A stretch of 63,932 nucleotides of DNA, the filler included, from Diploschistes diacapsis (lineage: Eukaryota): the NCBI GenBank assembly GCA_023645945.1. It is 4 parts of 4 records of this genome, joined end to end, with 100 filler letters (N's around TTAATTAATTAA, not from the genome) between each part and the next. Parts side by side here need not be neighbours in the genome. Positions count along the whole stretch, not along the records: positions 16,614 to 33,118 come from JALAIB010000504.1; positions 33,219 to 49,693 come from JALAIB010000505.1; 2 more parts are not named here. One strand, written 5' to 3'. This document shows, one piece after another, positions 23,637 to 35,521 of the stretch; positions within the stretch are counted from its first letter, which is position 1; each line of letters begins with the position of its first letter. The notes under the pieces were generated by a model, which had not been told where the DNA came from, did no database searches, and worked only from the letters and a program-made list of their open reading frames with translations. The position numbers and the translations under genes are program-made.

Positions 23637-24959
23637 GACCGTGGTCCAGTGTGTGTATAGGATACGCGAAGATAAAATTGGGCGCCTCTTGTTGGCGGAA
23701 TCGATTAATGACAAGTAGAAGGCTGCTGTGACAGCGCAGTGACATTCTTTAACTGGCAGTGCCTGAAATGCAAACTCATCGACGTTTCAGTCGGAAAACG
23801 GTAGTGGCTTCTTATCTTGCGGTCGTAGACTTGTTATTGCATAGTGATATCTTCGACATCGAAATCTAACCCTCTGCAGCGTCACACGTTAATTTGCTGA
23901 ACCACTAAAAGTTAGGGGGCTTTCGAGACGATCTCTATTGCACCCAATCTAAGCGCTAGAAGGACTTCGATGGATTAGAAATAGCATGTTGAGAAACTCC
24001 AAACTAAATGACTTTATTCCATCTAGAAGCAAAGCCAGCCCTCAGGATCGATGGACATTTTCGCCACTGTTTTATAGAGACCCGATGTACCTTTTTCCAA
24101 TGCAAAACTTGAGAGGGAGGTGTTGGAGCTAAAGGGCACAAGCGAGCATGCATAGCATCTTCGCGCACCCCCATATCGCGGTGCTGCACCACCTAGCCTG
24201 GCTGTTCCGACGCCCCTTGCCATCGGGGCGGCGAGCTCCGGGCTGCCCGCAAAATGAGCATGCAGGCATTTTTTCTGTCCTCTTTTAGTGCCAAGTCCTA
24301 CGATCATTGAATCGCAATGAAACGAAATCCGAGTGAGCAAGTAGAGCAACTATAGATCTCACGAAACCTGGACGCGATCCGGATGGCTGGGCTTTCCTGG
24401 TGATGAGAGAAATTTGGAAAATCATGACCAGAAGAGGGGCTTCACGGAGACCACCGTTTCAGCGTGCAGGAGCCTGCAGCGACAAGCTGGTATCTGAGTA
24501 CAGGGAAGACATGCTCCTATCGTGCGGTTCCGCAGTATGTTGCCCTTCTCTTCGACCGCGTTCGGGGGTTTTGACGACCCTGTTTCGTATATCGAGTACT
24601 CAGCTTTGAGAGGAGAATACCATGCTGAGAGACATATCGACACTGGCGTGACAAACATTACCTATAATATCATAGCTTGCCTGTACGAGCAGCCCCTAAG
24701 CTCACCATTGCGATAGCTTTTCGTTCACCAGACTCGAGGTTCGAGTAGATGGTACCGCCATCACAAGCGAATGCATGCCTTCAGAGACCCACACTAGGAT
24801 GCTAGTAAACAGGTGTTGGAACAGGGTACAGCTTGATGCTGCTTCCGGCATACCTCCAGTTGCTTGCCCTTGTAGAATTAATACTGTCTTTCGGGCTTCT
24901 ACCCCTGTGGCGGATCGATGGATTGGGAGGAACTCCCAGCATTGAAGTGATTCTCCGAA

Positions 24960-25480
24960 GGCGCTGAGGCCTCTAACTCACTTGTCGCCTGGGCCAAGTG
25001 TACCTCAGCAAGATGATAGCGCTTAGAAATTATTGGAGCTAGTATCAGAACAACAAAGGTACGATTCAACCAAGGAGTACTTCCGTCCCGACTTGCTATT
25101 AGCAGTCCTCATCCTGGATATTTAGCGATACTCAATCATCCCCCTAGCTCGCGTGATGTCGAATTACATTTTCGAGCTGGCACGAGGCAGCCTATGCCAA
25201 ACTGGAGTAGTAAAGCCGGTTGCTTCGGAATATCGACACGGTGCCGATGGAGACTACTTGAAGATGGAGGCGAACCGTAGGGGTGTTGTTTTGCGATTGC
25301 CCTCGACCTCATCTCAGACAAAGTCTCCTTCCTTCATGAAGCAGGCTTGATCTCGCCGGTCGTAGCAATCCTTCTCAATAATTTCCACCATGGCTAAGGC
25401 GTCCTCAGCGTCGGTGATCTCTGGTCATGGCCACGATCTGTCGTTTCCGTCGTTCTTTGCATAGTTGAGTATCTCGAGCT
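24960..25480 (-). mobile_element. Relic of Ty3/Gypsy pol C-terminus (post-integrase region)
   Basis: DAEDALAMVEIIEKDCYDRRDQACFMKEGDFV (~25315-25412) resembles the fungal Gypsy motif EAxDAxAxAxxxxKxxYDRRHxxxFxKxGDxV. Only a weak chromodomain-like trace at ~24980-25020. Confidence 0.5.
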
Positions 25481-25941
25481 CGGCGCATCGCTATCGCATC
25501 ACGAGTTTCTCGGCGGCCTACATTTAGCTCTGCAATCTCTGGTTCAGGCGCGGCTTCAGCTGGTGTAGGATCTGGCTGCGCTTCTGCGTCGACTTCCTGG
25601 GGTTCTCCGAATCCTTCCAGAATTCCTCCCTTGGGTTCTGGTTCAGGTCTGTTGGCTGCTGCTGTTGAAAGCCTCCTGGGTCTTGCAGATGGTCAGCCTC
25701 ATAGCTTGTACTGGTCCTTGAGTACCGCCAGTTGCTGCCCCGTGGCCCATTCTAGTTAGCAGGCCGTATCCATAGTGACTTCAAGTGTAGCTTGAATTCG
25801 TCCGAGTTTACTGCTCACGATTCTTCCAAAGAGTCCAGTGAAGGCTTGTTATCATGAAGAGTACTCCTGATCACCATGGATTAAGAATGCGGGTACGAAG
25901 CAGTCACAGAGGCAGATCTAGGCGTTGTCGGATCCTGTTGA

Positions 25942-27899
25942 TCAAGAAGGTGGGGTCTCTACAAAATAGCAGGCCAAGCAAATGATCAGAAACAGTCCGA
26001 GCAGAAGGACGCCCAGGAGACTACAGATGGTCAGTCGGATCGCTCTTTGACTCTCAATCCGAGCACTTACTAGTTAGACTTCCCGTCCTGTATCATCGAG
26101 TTGATATACATGACCGAAGCGAAAAGGGCAACAACTTCAAAAGCGTCAAAATTTAAGCCTATGGAAATATTCATCATACATCCGAGAATGACTATGAAAG
26201 GGATGACCAGAAGGGCTGTCTGCAGGCATTTTCCAACCGTCAAGGAAATAAAGGATCCATTTTGTCCTTCATGGCGATTCCAATCACGGTGAAGTCAACG
26301 CTGAGGAGCGGGAGTAGGACGATGCCGATGAATGTGTCGGTCAATCCCGTGTTCTGAATGAGTCCATCTAGACTATCGGTTGCAAAGGAAGTCAGAAACG
26401 CAAGGAGTGCAGTGAATACCACGAGGCAAATAATGGCAAAGACCACTGAGAGTTGCGGCTCATGCTCTTCGAATGTTTCCGAGTCCCTTTCCTTGTGTTC
26501 TTTGTCTTCGTCCTTTAGGGTCGTCAACGCCATCCCTTGCCTGGCGTCTCCAGCGGCAGCGGTAGCGGCAGCGGCACCGACCTGGACTATCCCTACGCCC
26601 CCTTCCTTTGTCTTTCTGTGCCGTTTGGGCGTCTTCTGGCTGGGTTCGTTGTAAATATCAACATGAGTTTTCAAGGAGAAGAACATGAACACGAAGTAAC
26701 TTGAGAGTAGAATAATACAAATCGCTCTGGAGAGGCGGAGCACATCGTCCGACCCTTTTGTAGGTTGAAGTAACTGAATCACAGTCGGAATGATCAGGCT
26801 GCTCATTGCGGGCAACAGCATTGTTCCGAATAGACGGCCAACTGTGACGTTGTAATGCTGCTGCATCCTATTTATGCCACCAAATAGAAAGCCGAGGCCA
26901 AGAGTCAAGTGCATGTTGGATAGGATATTCCCCATCAACGAGGTCTGGAGGATCCTGATATGACCACTATTCAAAAGCAAAATGGACGCGATGAACTGGA
27001 CGGCGTTACTAGCCCAGGCGTGTTAGCACTCATATAAGCTTTCTACAGAGCTGGATTCCATCTCCTACCTGAAAGTAGCATTGATGAGGGCGCCAATAGT
27101 CTCACCGGTTCGCAATATTAATTCCTCAGATGTGAAGCTTAACAGTATCGTAATGGGTAACACAGCAATGAAATTGATCGCAAAGACTACCGAGGCATTC
27201 GAATTGGGAATATAGTTGAACGCGAATCCTACTGTGAGAATCATCAGCATGTGGATGCCTGAGCTAGTAAAGTAGGCACGAATTGAACAAGATTACTTTC
27301 AATTGAGTGCCTAGAGGATAGTGTAGCCTTATCTTCTTGGAGCCGGTAGCAGATTCATCTGAATCATTTGGAACATTTGAATGAAGAAGCTTCGACCGCA
27401 ATAGGGCGCCGCGGCTCCTGAGCCCCGACTTGGTAGTAGCGTTCGCGCCCTCGTTTCCGTTGAGCTGGCTCGACGCATCTTTCCGGTATACCTCTACCAC
27501 GTCTCCCTCGTGCAGTGGCTCGGGCTTCGGCTCGTCCTCCTGCGGAGCTGGCTCTGGTGCCGAAGCAGCGCGGCGAAGGGAGATCCCAAGAACATTAAGC
27601 TGTGGAGCTTCCGCCTTCGTGCAACAGGGAATCTGGCACTACAGCTAGTGCCTCGGTCTCATCACCGGCTCCGGGCGCAGTAGGGTTGCCTGCAGGGCCG
27701 ACTTCCAGGTCCGTCGCTCTTCTCGAGGACGTCCCAGCTCTGGCGAACGGATTGAAGTTTGTCCCGCCGTCGTTTGTCTCGTACCATGCGCGTGTCCGCG
27801 CGGCTCGTTTGATCTTATCTGCTCGACGTGAGCTGAACACATATCAGGCTTTGAGATTCGAGTTGAAACGTACGCATTTGAGGTTAGTTCACGGTACAT
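25942..27899 (-). pseudogene. Divergent Ca2+/H+ exchanger (CAX/VCX1 family), frameshifted
   Basis: RAWY..NPF N-terminus; SFTSEELILRTGETIGALINATF; QTSLMGNILSN; KTH..YNEPSQK; FIGIVLLP..KDKMD; GKCLQTAL; FEVVALFASV; DGKSNY. Three clear introns. Frame breaks near 27640, 27265 and 26250. Confidence 0.88.
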
Positions 27900-28309
27900 C
27901 GTCTCACAGAAGGTATGTATAAGGATTCAACTCGCTGTAGTAGAAAACGCGCAATTATACCAAAGCGATGCGTTACAACTTCGAATCTTTCCAGTTAGTT
28001 TTCCAAACTTTACATGTCATTTCTGTCCTGAGATCTTCTCCCCCGATTTTCCTTGGCAGTAACCGCCTTGTTCCATTCAGCCTTGGGGCTTCGCCGCGAG
28101 TATTGTAGCCGCCACAGAGGCATACGACGCAGGCATTAGGAGTGCTTTTCAGGTCTAATCACGTGTCATAGAAAAGAAGGAAGAGGTTGGACTCTCCGAC
28201 TGCTACCAGAGCGGCAAAGCACTCGTTTTCTCTTCCTCAAAACGTCCCTCCATACTATCTCGCTGCAGCCGCCCCGTGTCTACATAAAAAAGCCTGTACC
28301 GAGATATCC

Positions 28310-29642
28310 CTAAGCCAGAACCATCTCTTCCTCAAGCAGCGTTTCCGTCGCCCCGCTCTGCAGCCCAAGCCTGCCGAACACCGCCCTTCCACTCTCCCGA
28401 ATCACCGTCCTCATCCCCGTCATCGTGGCCCCAACGTCCACCCTCGGTAGATCGCTCCCCTCGCTTGCTTCCGATCGCTTGTACCACAGCAACGGCCTCC
28501 TCCTATGGCTCGCCCCCTCCGCCCCTTTGTGCCTTCTCCCGACCTGCGCTCCGCGGCCCTCCCCCTTTTTCCTGCCGTCGGGGCCCCCACCACTGACGAA
28601 CAGCTGCCTGAAGGCGCTTAGCGACACCATTGTGGTGGCTACACAGCTTTCGAACTGCACCCAGAAGGTGGACCATATCTGATCGGCGGTCCCGTGGACA
28701 CGGGCCGAAATGCCGCGAATGAGGGCTATGGCAATCATGACCGTGCTGAGGCAGAGGACGATGCCTATGCTCAGTTTCTGGCGGGTGGAAAGGGAAGTAC
28801 GGCGGAGAAGAAGGATAGGGATTGAGATGACTGTTTTTAAGGGTAGAAAGTAGTTAGCAAATAATTTGTGGAAAGGATGCCTTGAGCCAAGGTTCAAAGA
28901 AGGGTCGGGGAGGCAGCGCAAATTATTACTTAGAACGTCAGTAAGAATGTCGGCTGTTACGCTGTAATAGAGCATGGCATTCTCGCTCCGGGGAAAAGAA
29001 GGGGCGGTAAAACATTGGACTAGAATGCCGTTAGTATCAGTGGATCCAGGGGATCAGGAAATCTGGGTATCTGGGTATCTACTCACTCAATCCGTTGGTG
29101 CTGCCGTACGGGCACAGTATCCAGGGCGCAGAGACGGATATTGCAGTAATGGGAACGCAGAAGATGGTTATGCACCACCACATGATCCTGGGGGCCCGCT
29201 GTCGGCGGACCAGAGGCCGAAAGACGAAGAGAAACGAGAATTTGACGGCAAATATGCTGGCCCATGCGAAGGTTTCAGCGAGGAAGGCATACAACGCAGT
29301 CTCAGCTGTAAGCTGTAGGAAATTGGAGGGGAGCAACATTTGGCCGGAAAGGACATCGTTGAATGTATAGAGGTTCTGTATGCATGGCATGTATAGACCA
29401 AACGATACTACCATTAGAATGAAAACGAGGACTATGAAAACGTCGTCGACGTGAATCGTTTGCCATTTGTGGATTCGAATGGCGGTGCGAAGAACGAAAG
29501 TGATGACCGAAACAGCAAAGAGAGCCCCGATAACACCCTATGAAGTATGTTAGAAGTCAAGGCCGACATTGTAACAACGGTAGAGGAATCTCACAAAGTA
29601 GGCTGGCTGGTCAATCAGCGTCTGTGCTGAGGGAGTGGCCAT
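28310..29642 (-). CDS. PTH11-like (fungal rhodopsin-domain) integral membrane protein without CFEM, 4 exons
   Basis: LRTAIR..HVDD; W.SIFAVKFSFL; DILTDV.ISIPILLL; QKLSIGIVLCLS..MIAIALIR; W..FW..FESCVA. ATG 29642 with canonical introns. Confidence 0.9.
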
Positions 29643-30439
29643 TTCCTGTCGATTTGAGCCTACCTTGAGGAAGAGTTGATTCTCGAATCCAGATCCAACG
29701 AGCTAAGGGGTATGTCGTGCGGATAGCAAATACTGAAGATTGAAAAAGATCCAAGGCGAAATATGACGAGAGCAAGTGGAATATAAATATTGCAGAGAAT
29801 ATCAAGGAAAGATCTGGTACCATGCTACACGTAAACTGCTGACCGTGGCCATGTCACAGAGTCATGCGTGCATACGGCGTGGGAGCTCATTCACTTGAGG
29901 GTGTTGGTTAGACATTCGCGGTCCTTCTTTTGCAATCTTGACGATAACCCACCATTCAAGGTAGATGTAACCACAATAAGTTAAGTATCCACAGGCACAT
30001 TGCCTGGTGTATGTTATGTGACACAAGAACTGGGAGAAGCCACGATTCGTTCTATCTAGGTGTGCCTCCTCTTACGCCCCGTAAATACATCAATAGAAGT
30101 AGGCAAGGCTGCGCAAGGAATAGAAACAAAACTTTTTTATACTTCACTGACGATCAGTACAGCAGCTTTGCCACAATCACTTACAGTAGAGTATGCAGAG
30201 TAGACCAGTAAACAAGACTTGTGATATACCATTGGTAATTGGTATATGTAAGAATTATTGAAAGATGGGTGGAGCTTCCCACATCAATCAAATATAATTG
30301 GCGCGCTTTGTTTGGCCCCCCTTCCCAGCTGAGGTGATGGCATGATGCCCGCCTTGCACAGCCACGTTTTTGCGTAGTGGGCCAATAGAACCCACACATC
30401 GATGCTATGAACCGGAATAACTCTATCCATCAGATGCCG

Positions 30440-31835
30440 TCAGGCTGCTGGACGACCAGCACGCGGCTTTCCAAAGGCTGTTTGGAGCATACTAAAAGGG
30501 AGCACAGCATCCTTTGCCTCGCCAGTTTGTCTCCTGATGGAGGGATAGCTCCATACCGGAGTCGACCATGCCAGAAAGGCCACTGTCCAAGCGAATCCTA
30601 TCATCTTCTCCCACTGCTGCACTCCAGCCTGATGTCCTTTCAAATACTGGCTGTGCCTCTTGAAGCCGGTCCAGATCTCCTGTATGCCATCTTCAATCAT
30701 GATGCCGAATGCCTGAGTGATGAAGAAACGAACTGCTCCACTCTCTGAAACGGACATGCTGCATGCAGAATCTATGTAGAAATGTAATAGGCCAGACAAA
30801 AGAAATGTGGTAACAAGTTTGAGGTATCGCGGCACAGCTCCGTGGCGAGGGAGTCCAAGCAATTCATGAGCGAGCCAGGACGCAGGGGTAGAGAAGCTCT
30901 GCCTAAACATCTGATGCCAGGATTTTCTGGCGTTGGATGACCACAGCGATTAGTCAAATCCGAGGAAGAGCGCACAGGTTGAGTGAAGAGACTCACCCCC
31001 AAAATTGTCTTATGGACCATGCATCAGACATAGACCCGAAGGGTGGTCGCCAGTCATGTACCTCATACCAGCCTAGCCAAACTGTTATAGAAGCTAAAAG
31101 TCCATAATACATGCGTAGCACACAAAAGACCGTCAACCAGAGAATAGCAGTTGTGACAATGCGAAGGGCAAATTCTTCAGCCGATAACTCTGTAAAGCGA
31201 GAAAAGAATGGGACCTTGCTGGGAGCAAAGCTCGTCGACGAATCCTCTGGCGGTCCACTGAAGGTTACAAGGTCTATTACGAAGTAGCAAAGGGCGGCTT
31301 TCTTCAATGAGTCGCTGAGAAACTCCCTCTGTGAAGGTACACGCCCAGAATCCGCCTCTGTAAAGTGAGGAACGTTTTTCACTTCATAAGGCGTGTTCAC
31401 CAAGCGTGCAGAAATCGTCATGTTGACACCAGAGCGCAGCTGGGTTGAAAGGTTATGAGAGCGATTTTGATCAACCAGTGTGCCCCCCCTGGGTGCATCC
31501 TCCGAAGGCTTACGGGTCACTGGCCCGTATTCGTTGTAAACTGAGGTAGTAGGCCTATTCGCTGCAGAATCCCATCTCCGTAGTAGAACTAGGTCGAGAT
31601 AGCGAAGGAAATAGGTTGGAGCATTACCGGCAATAACTGATGCGACCCACATAGCAGGAATCGTGCGCATACAATTCTCGAATATGAGCCATAATGCTAG
31701 GACCTGGTACGATAGCAGAGCAAGCCTGAAATAAGAAGACGGTCTGGTACAGACAATAGCATAGGCGGTGATGAGGATCTGGCCGAAGATGACCGCTACA
31801 GGATGCGCAAGTAGCCGAGCAAACAGATAGATCAT
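30440..31835 (-). CDS. MBOAT_2 / wax-synthase-like (Tri7-like) membrane O-acyltransferase, 2 exons
   Basis: WRPPFGSMSDAWSIRQFWG|KSWHQMFR, FLLSGLLH, FFITQAFGIMIED, IGFAWT..FL.WS.P.W.YP. Intron at ~30931-30997. Confidence 0.92.
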
Positions 31836-32559
31836 TATTGAAGAGGTAATGCTTTCTGGAAAACTATTAAAGATGAATTGTTAAAGAAGGTGATTAAGAC
31901 TGAACCGCAGATATATCGTAGTCTCAAGCTCCAGCCCTATGCACCTGGCGCAGCGAAGCCTTGGCCATTGGGCTGCCACACGGTAGAAGATATGACGCAG
32001 GAAAAATGGCACAGCTTGTACAGCCTGAAGTTAGCTTTTGGAAACCTTGACTGAAACGGACATTGCTAAACGAGAGAAGATCAAAATTAGGAAAAGACAC
32101 CGATAGCAACAGCGCACACCTACATCTAGCGGCATTTTCGGACACAAGCAGAATTGGCTGAAGAGACCGGATAGTGACTGCCGTTGCGGCAGCACACTTC
32201 CATCCAACGACTTACTTACCTTTCATCAGATTATGAGCCTGAAGTAGAATGTCCCGAAGGCGAGCTTCTCCCGGAGCGTCTCTGGGAAGGGTGGCGTTTT
32301 CCGAAGTATTGCTCATTCTGGCATTGTTGCGACAGGACCACATTTGATAAGTACCTCAACGGAAACCCCCAAGAAACTGTGTCCCTGGCCTGAGCCTGGT
32401 CAACTACCTCTGCATGTTTGTAATAGTAATCTTGCGATAAGGAAAATATTTAGCGGATTGTCTTTCGGGTCGTGACATATGGACGGACGGTAGGAGGAAG
32501 GGCGGGCGCTTTACTAACTTTCAAGTAAAAGGGCCGAGCTTCGTGGTAAGTCTTATTCT

Positions 32560-32960
32560 GCCTACTATACATATAAATTATATGATATGTATTATGGTTC
32601 TTAAGATACTTTCTTAGTTATATTAATTTATATACAGCCATAAGTATTTATAGAATTAGCGTTTTTTTTAGTTATATTTATTTATTTAACGATCGATTAT
32701 ATGTTTTTTTTTTTTAATTTTAACTTTCTATTTTTTTTTAAATACAATAGACGCGTCGTTGTTTATTCGTTTTATTCGTTTTACGCGTTTTACCGCCCTT
32801 TTTATCGCCGCCGCGGTTACGTTCGATATGATCGCCGATAACGATAAATTAAATTTAAAAAATTTTATGTTTTTACGACGCCATTTTCGTCGTTTTAATT
32901 CGTGGTGTTACCCCTTCGCTCGCCCCGACGTTTGCTATCTTACCGTTTCCTAACTCGTCT
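32560..32960. repeat. Heavily RIP-like mutated repeat relic
   Basis: Extremely AT-rich. The remaining C and G residues are mostly in CpG dinucleotides. Confidence 0.6.
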
Positions 32961-32974
32961 ATCCTCGCCGCTCG

Positions 32975-33118
32975 TGTAGTGGCATAGCTGACGTCGCTGG
33001 TGACGTCGCTGCAGCAGCATCTGTGACGATGCTGCCCACTATGGCTATATACTGCTCGCTGGCCCCGCTTAGCTAGCCATTATCTTCACTCCACACAATG
33101 ATTTGACATATTACTACA
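32975..33118 (+). mobile_element. Short LTR (144 bp), solo or the end of an LTR retrotransposon
   Basis: Inverted termini TGTAGT...ACTACA, internal TATATA at ~33046, and the contig breaks exactly at the terminal CA. Confidence 0.65.
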
Positions 33119-33218
33119 NNNNNNNNNNNNNNNNNNNNNNNNNNNNNNNNNNNNNNNNNNNNTTAATTAATTAANNNNNNNNNNNNNNNNNNNNNNNNNN
33201 NNNNNNNNNNNNNNNNNN
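33119..33218. other. Artificial contig linker
   Basis: N44-TTAATTAATTAA-N44. Confidence 0.99.
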
Positions 33219-33433
33219 GAATACGAGAAGGTTGGGGTGAAGTGAGAGAGAGTGAAGCGGAAGGTGGAGTGTTGGGGGGTGGATGGGGGTGGAGATGGTG
33301 CTGTGGAGATAGGCTTGAAGCGAAGGCTGGGGTTTACTTTGTGGTACGGAGTTGGCTAGCTTTGGATTGCATAGGGACCGCCCCCCGGACCCTTTTTTTT
33401 TTGTAACTGTGAGATGGCTTGCGTATCCCAGAT

Positions 33434-35038
33434 TCATTGAAGCTGTGAAGCAGCAACTTCCGTGAGTCCTTCGTACGAATCGCTTTCTCCTCGAGGATGC
33501 CCTCCTGCTCCATATGCTTTCTCGTCTTCTAGCGTGGCCTCGTAGCAGTGAACAGCCACTTCGTCCCGAATGCCTCGGTTATATCTTAAGAATATGATTA
33601 GTGCAGGATCTCCCAATAGCGGTAAACATGCTAACCTCTGACGAATGCTGCTTTATTTCTGGGAAATAGAGATACATCAACACAAGTTCGATAGCCGGCG
33701 GAACGATCAGTATAAGATAGAACTTCCACGAAATTGCATTCAACGCAATGGGCCCGGCAACGAGAACGACCAACGTTCCACAGAATTGGTCGCAGATAAC
33801 GACGGCCGTGCCTTGAGACTGATAGGGCTCGGAAAGACCCCAGCGATATACAGTAACTATGAAGATGGCCCCGTTCAGTCCAGCTTTGTTGCCTGTACCG
33901 AGGTACTGGATAGCAGTGTGCATTCGAAGATGTTGACAACCGTACAACCAGCAAGACCTATGCAAACGAGCTTTCTTCTTCCAATCGAGTCGACGTAGAG
34001 GGCCGTGAAGACGTTACATGGAATGGTCCGAAGAACCCAAACTGCGGAGTAGTAGCGGCATGTAGCCAGATAAGCCAACTTCCTCGTACTCAAGACACCA
34101 TGGTTATGTCAAGGCCGCCAGTGAACATGTTACCGATCATTAGTCCGAAAGCAAAGAGAGCTCACTTGCGGTTCGAAGGCGTACGGAAGACTTCGGAATT
34201 TCCAACTTCGGCCTTTATGCTCCGTTCGAGCCCAAGATGCTTCCGCATCTGGAAGAACTCTCAGCGACTCGTTCGCGTCTGGGTCCTCTTTACTCCTGTG
34301 GAGTTGTACAAGTGTCTCTAGAGCCTCTTCGGGACGGCTCTGCTATAGTAACCATCGCGGACTGAATGGAAGTCAAACGGAGCCCAGTATCAGAAACAAA
34401 CAAGAGGCAATTTGAAAGGCGAGGGGTATCCTGAATCCGAACGAAGTTGCTGTAGGAGCGAAGAACGTGCCGAGACCGATGCATGTAGCCAGGAAGTAGC
34501 CAACAGCGAACATGACATCCTGCATACAGGTCATGAATCCTCTCGATTCAGGAGTAGAGACCTGGGATTGGTACATCGGGATCGAAGTTATCAGGAGGCC
34601 GGTGCCGATGCCTGTAATGGGCCGAGCCACGATGAACATTGCCCCCAGCTGTATTGTGCGCTTCCTTCACGCCCAATCAGCATACTACGCCACAAAAGCG
34701 GCACCAATGGTTGCTCCTGCTGAGTTGACACCGTTGTAGGCTGATATGAGGTTCGCTGATTTAGGATATCCAGGTGTACCTGGTGGAGCCATGTTGGGTG
34801 CAGTGCAGAATGTTGGCTGTCCAATCGTAGAGCCAATGACAGACAGGCCATGGCTGCAGTGTCGAAGCCAAGGTGACATGGATGACTACTAAGAGGTTGA
34901 GCGCATTTGGTACTCGCTTGTTGATGGTTGTCAATCAGGAGAGATTGAATAGTGCCAAAGACCGTGGCTCCTAAGCCATCGCGGATATGACTTCTTTTGT
35001 GCAAGTAGTCCTGCGTACCATACCGTCTTACTTGACAT
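33434..35038 (-). pseudogene. MFS sugar porter pseudogene
   Basis: GIGTGLLITSIPMYQSQVSTPESRG, FRIPLAFQ, YVDSIGRRKL, GPIALNAISWKFYL, YFPEIK, with many stops and frameshifts. Confidence 0.9.
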
Positions 35039-35521
35039 ACTGAACCAATAACGCATATAGTTATCTTGGACTTGGAGATGCGGGGGAACTGGATAGTAGG
35101 AGATGCGGCTAAGGGATATCATCACAGCCTCGGGCCTTTCATCCCATGATACCATCATCAATAGACAAACTTAACCAATCAGTGACTATGATATGGATGA
35201 AGAAAGTTTAAATATAACGAGATGCCACCTACCTGCACGCTTTTCCTAAGTCAAGCTTCCAAGTCAGGTAGCACCAAACAACGCTACTAAGAAGCTTCCC
35301 TTAACTTCCGTAAGCTAATTTAAGCCTCGTTCTTTTCTAAAAGAAGTTTCAAGAATCCGGAGTTGTAAAACGAAATCGAAAAAGATTTCAGACTTTCGAA
35401 TAATAATAGGTCCGTCGAATGGCGGCGTCTTTTGCAGCATATCACAACCCTTACGTAACATGTTAATATATATCGACTGATGAGCTTGAAACTTTTCAAG
35501 ACACCTCACAGTAGCGCGAGT

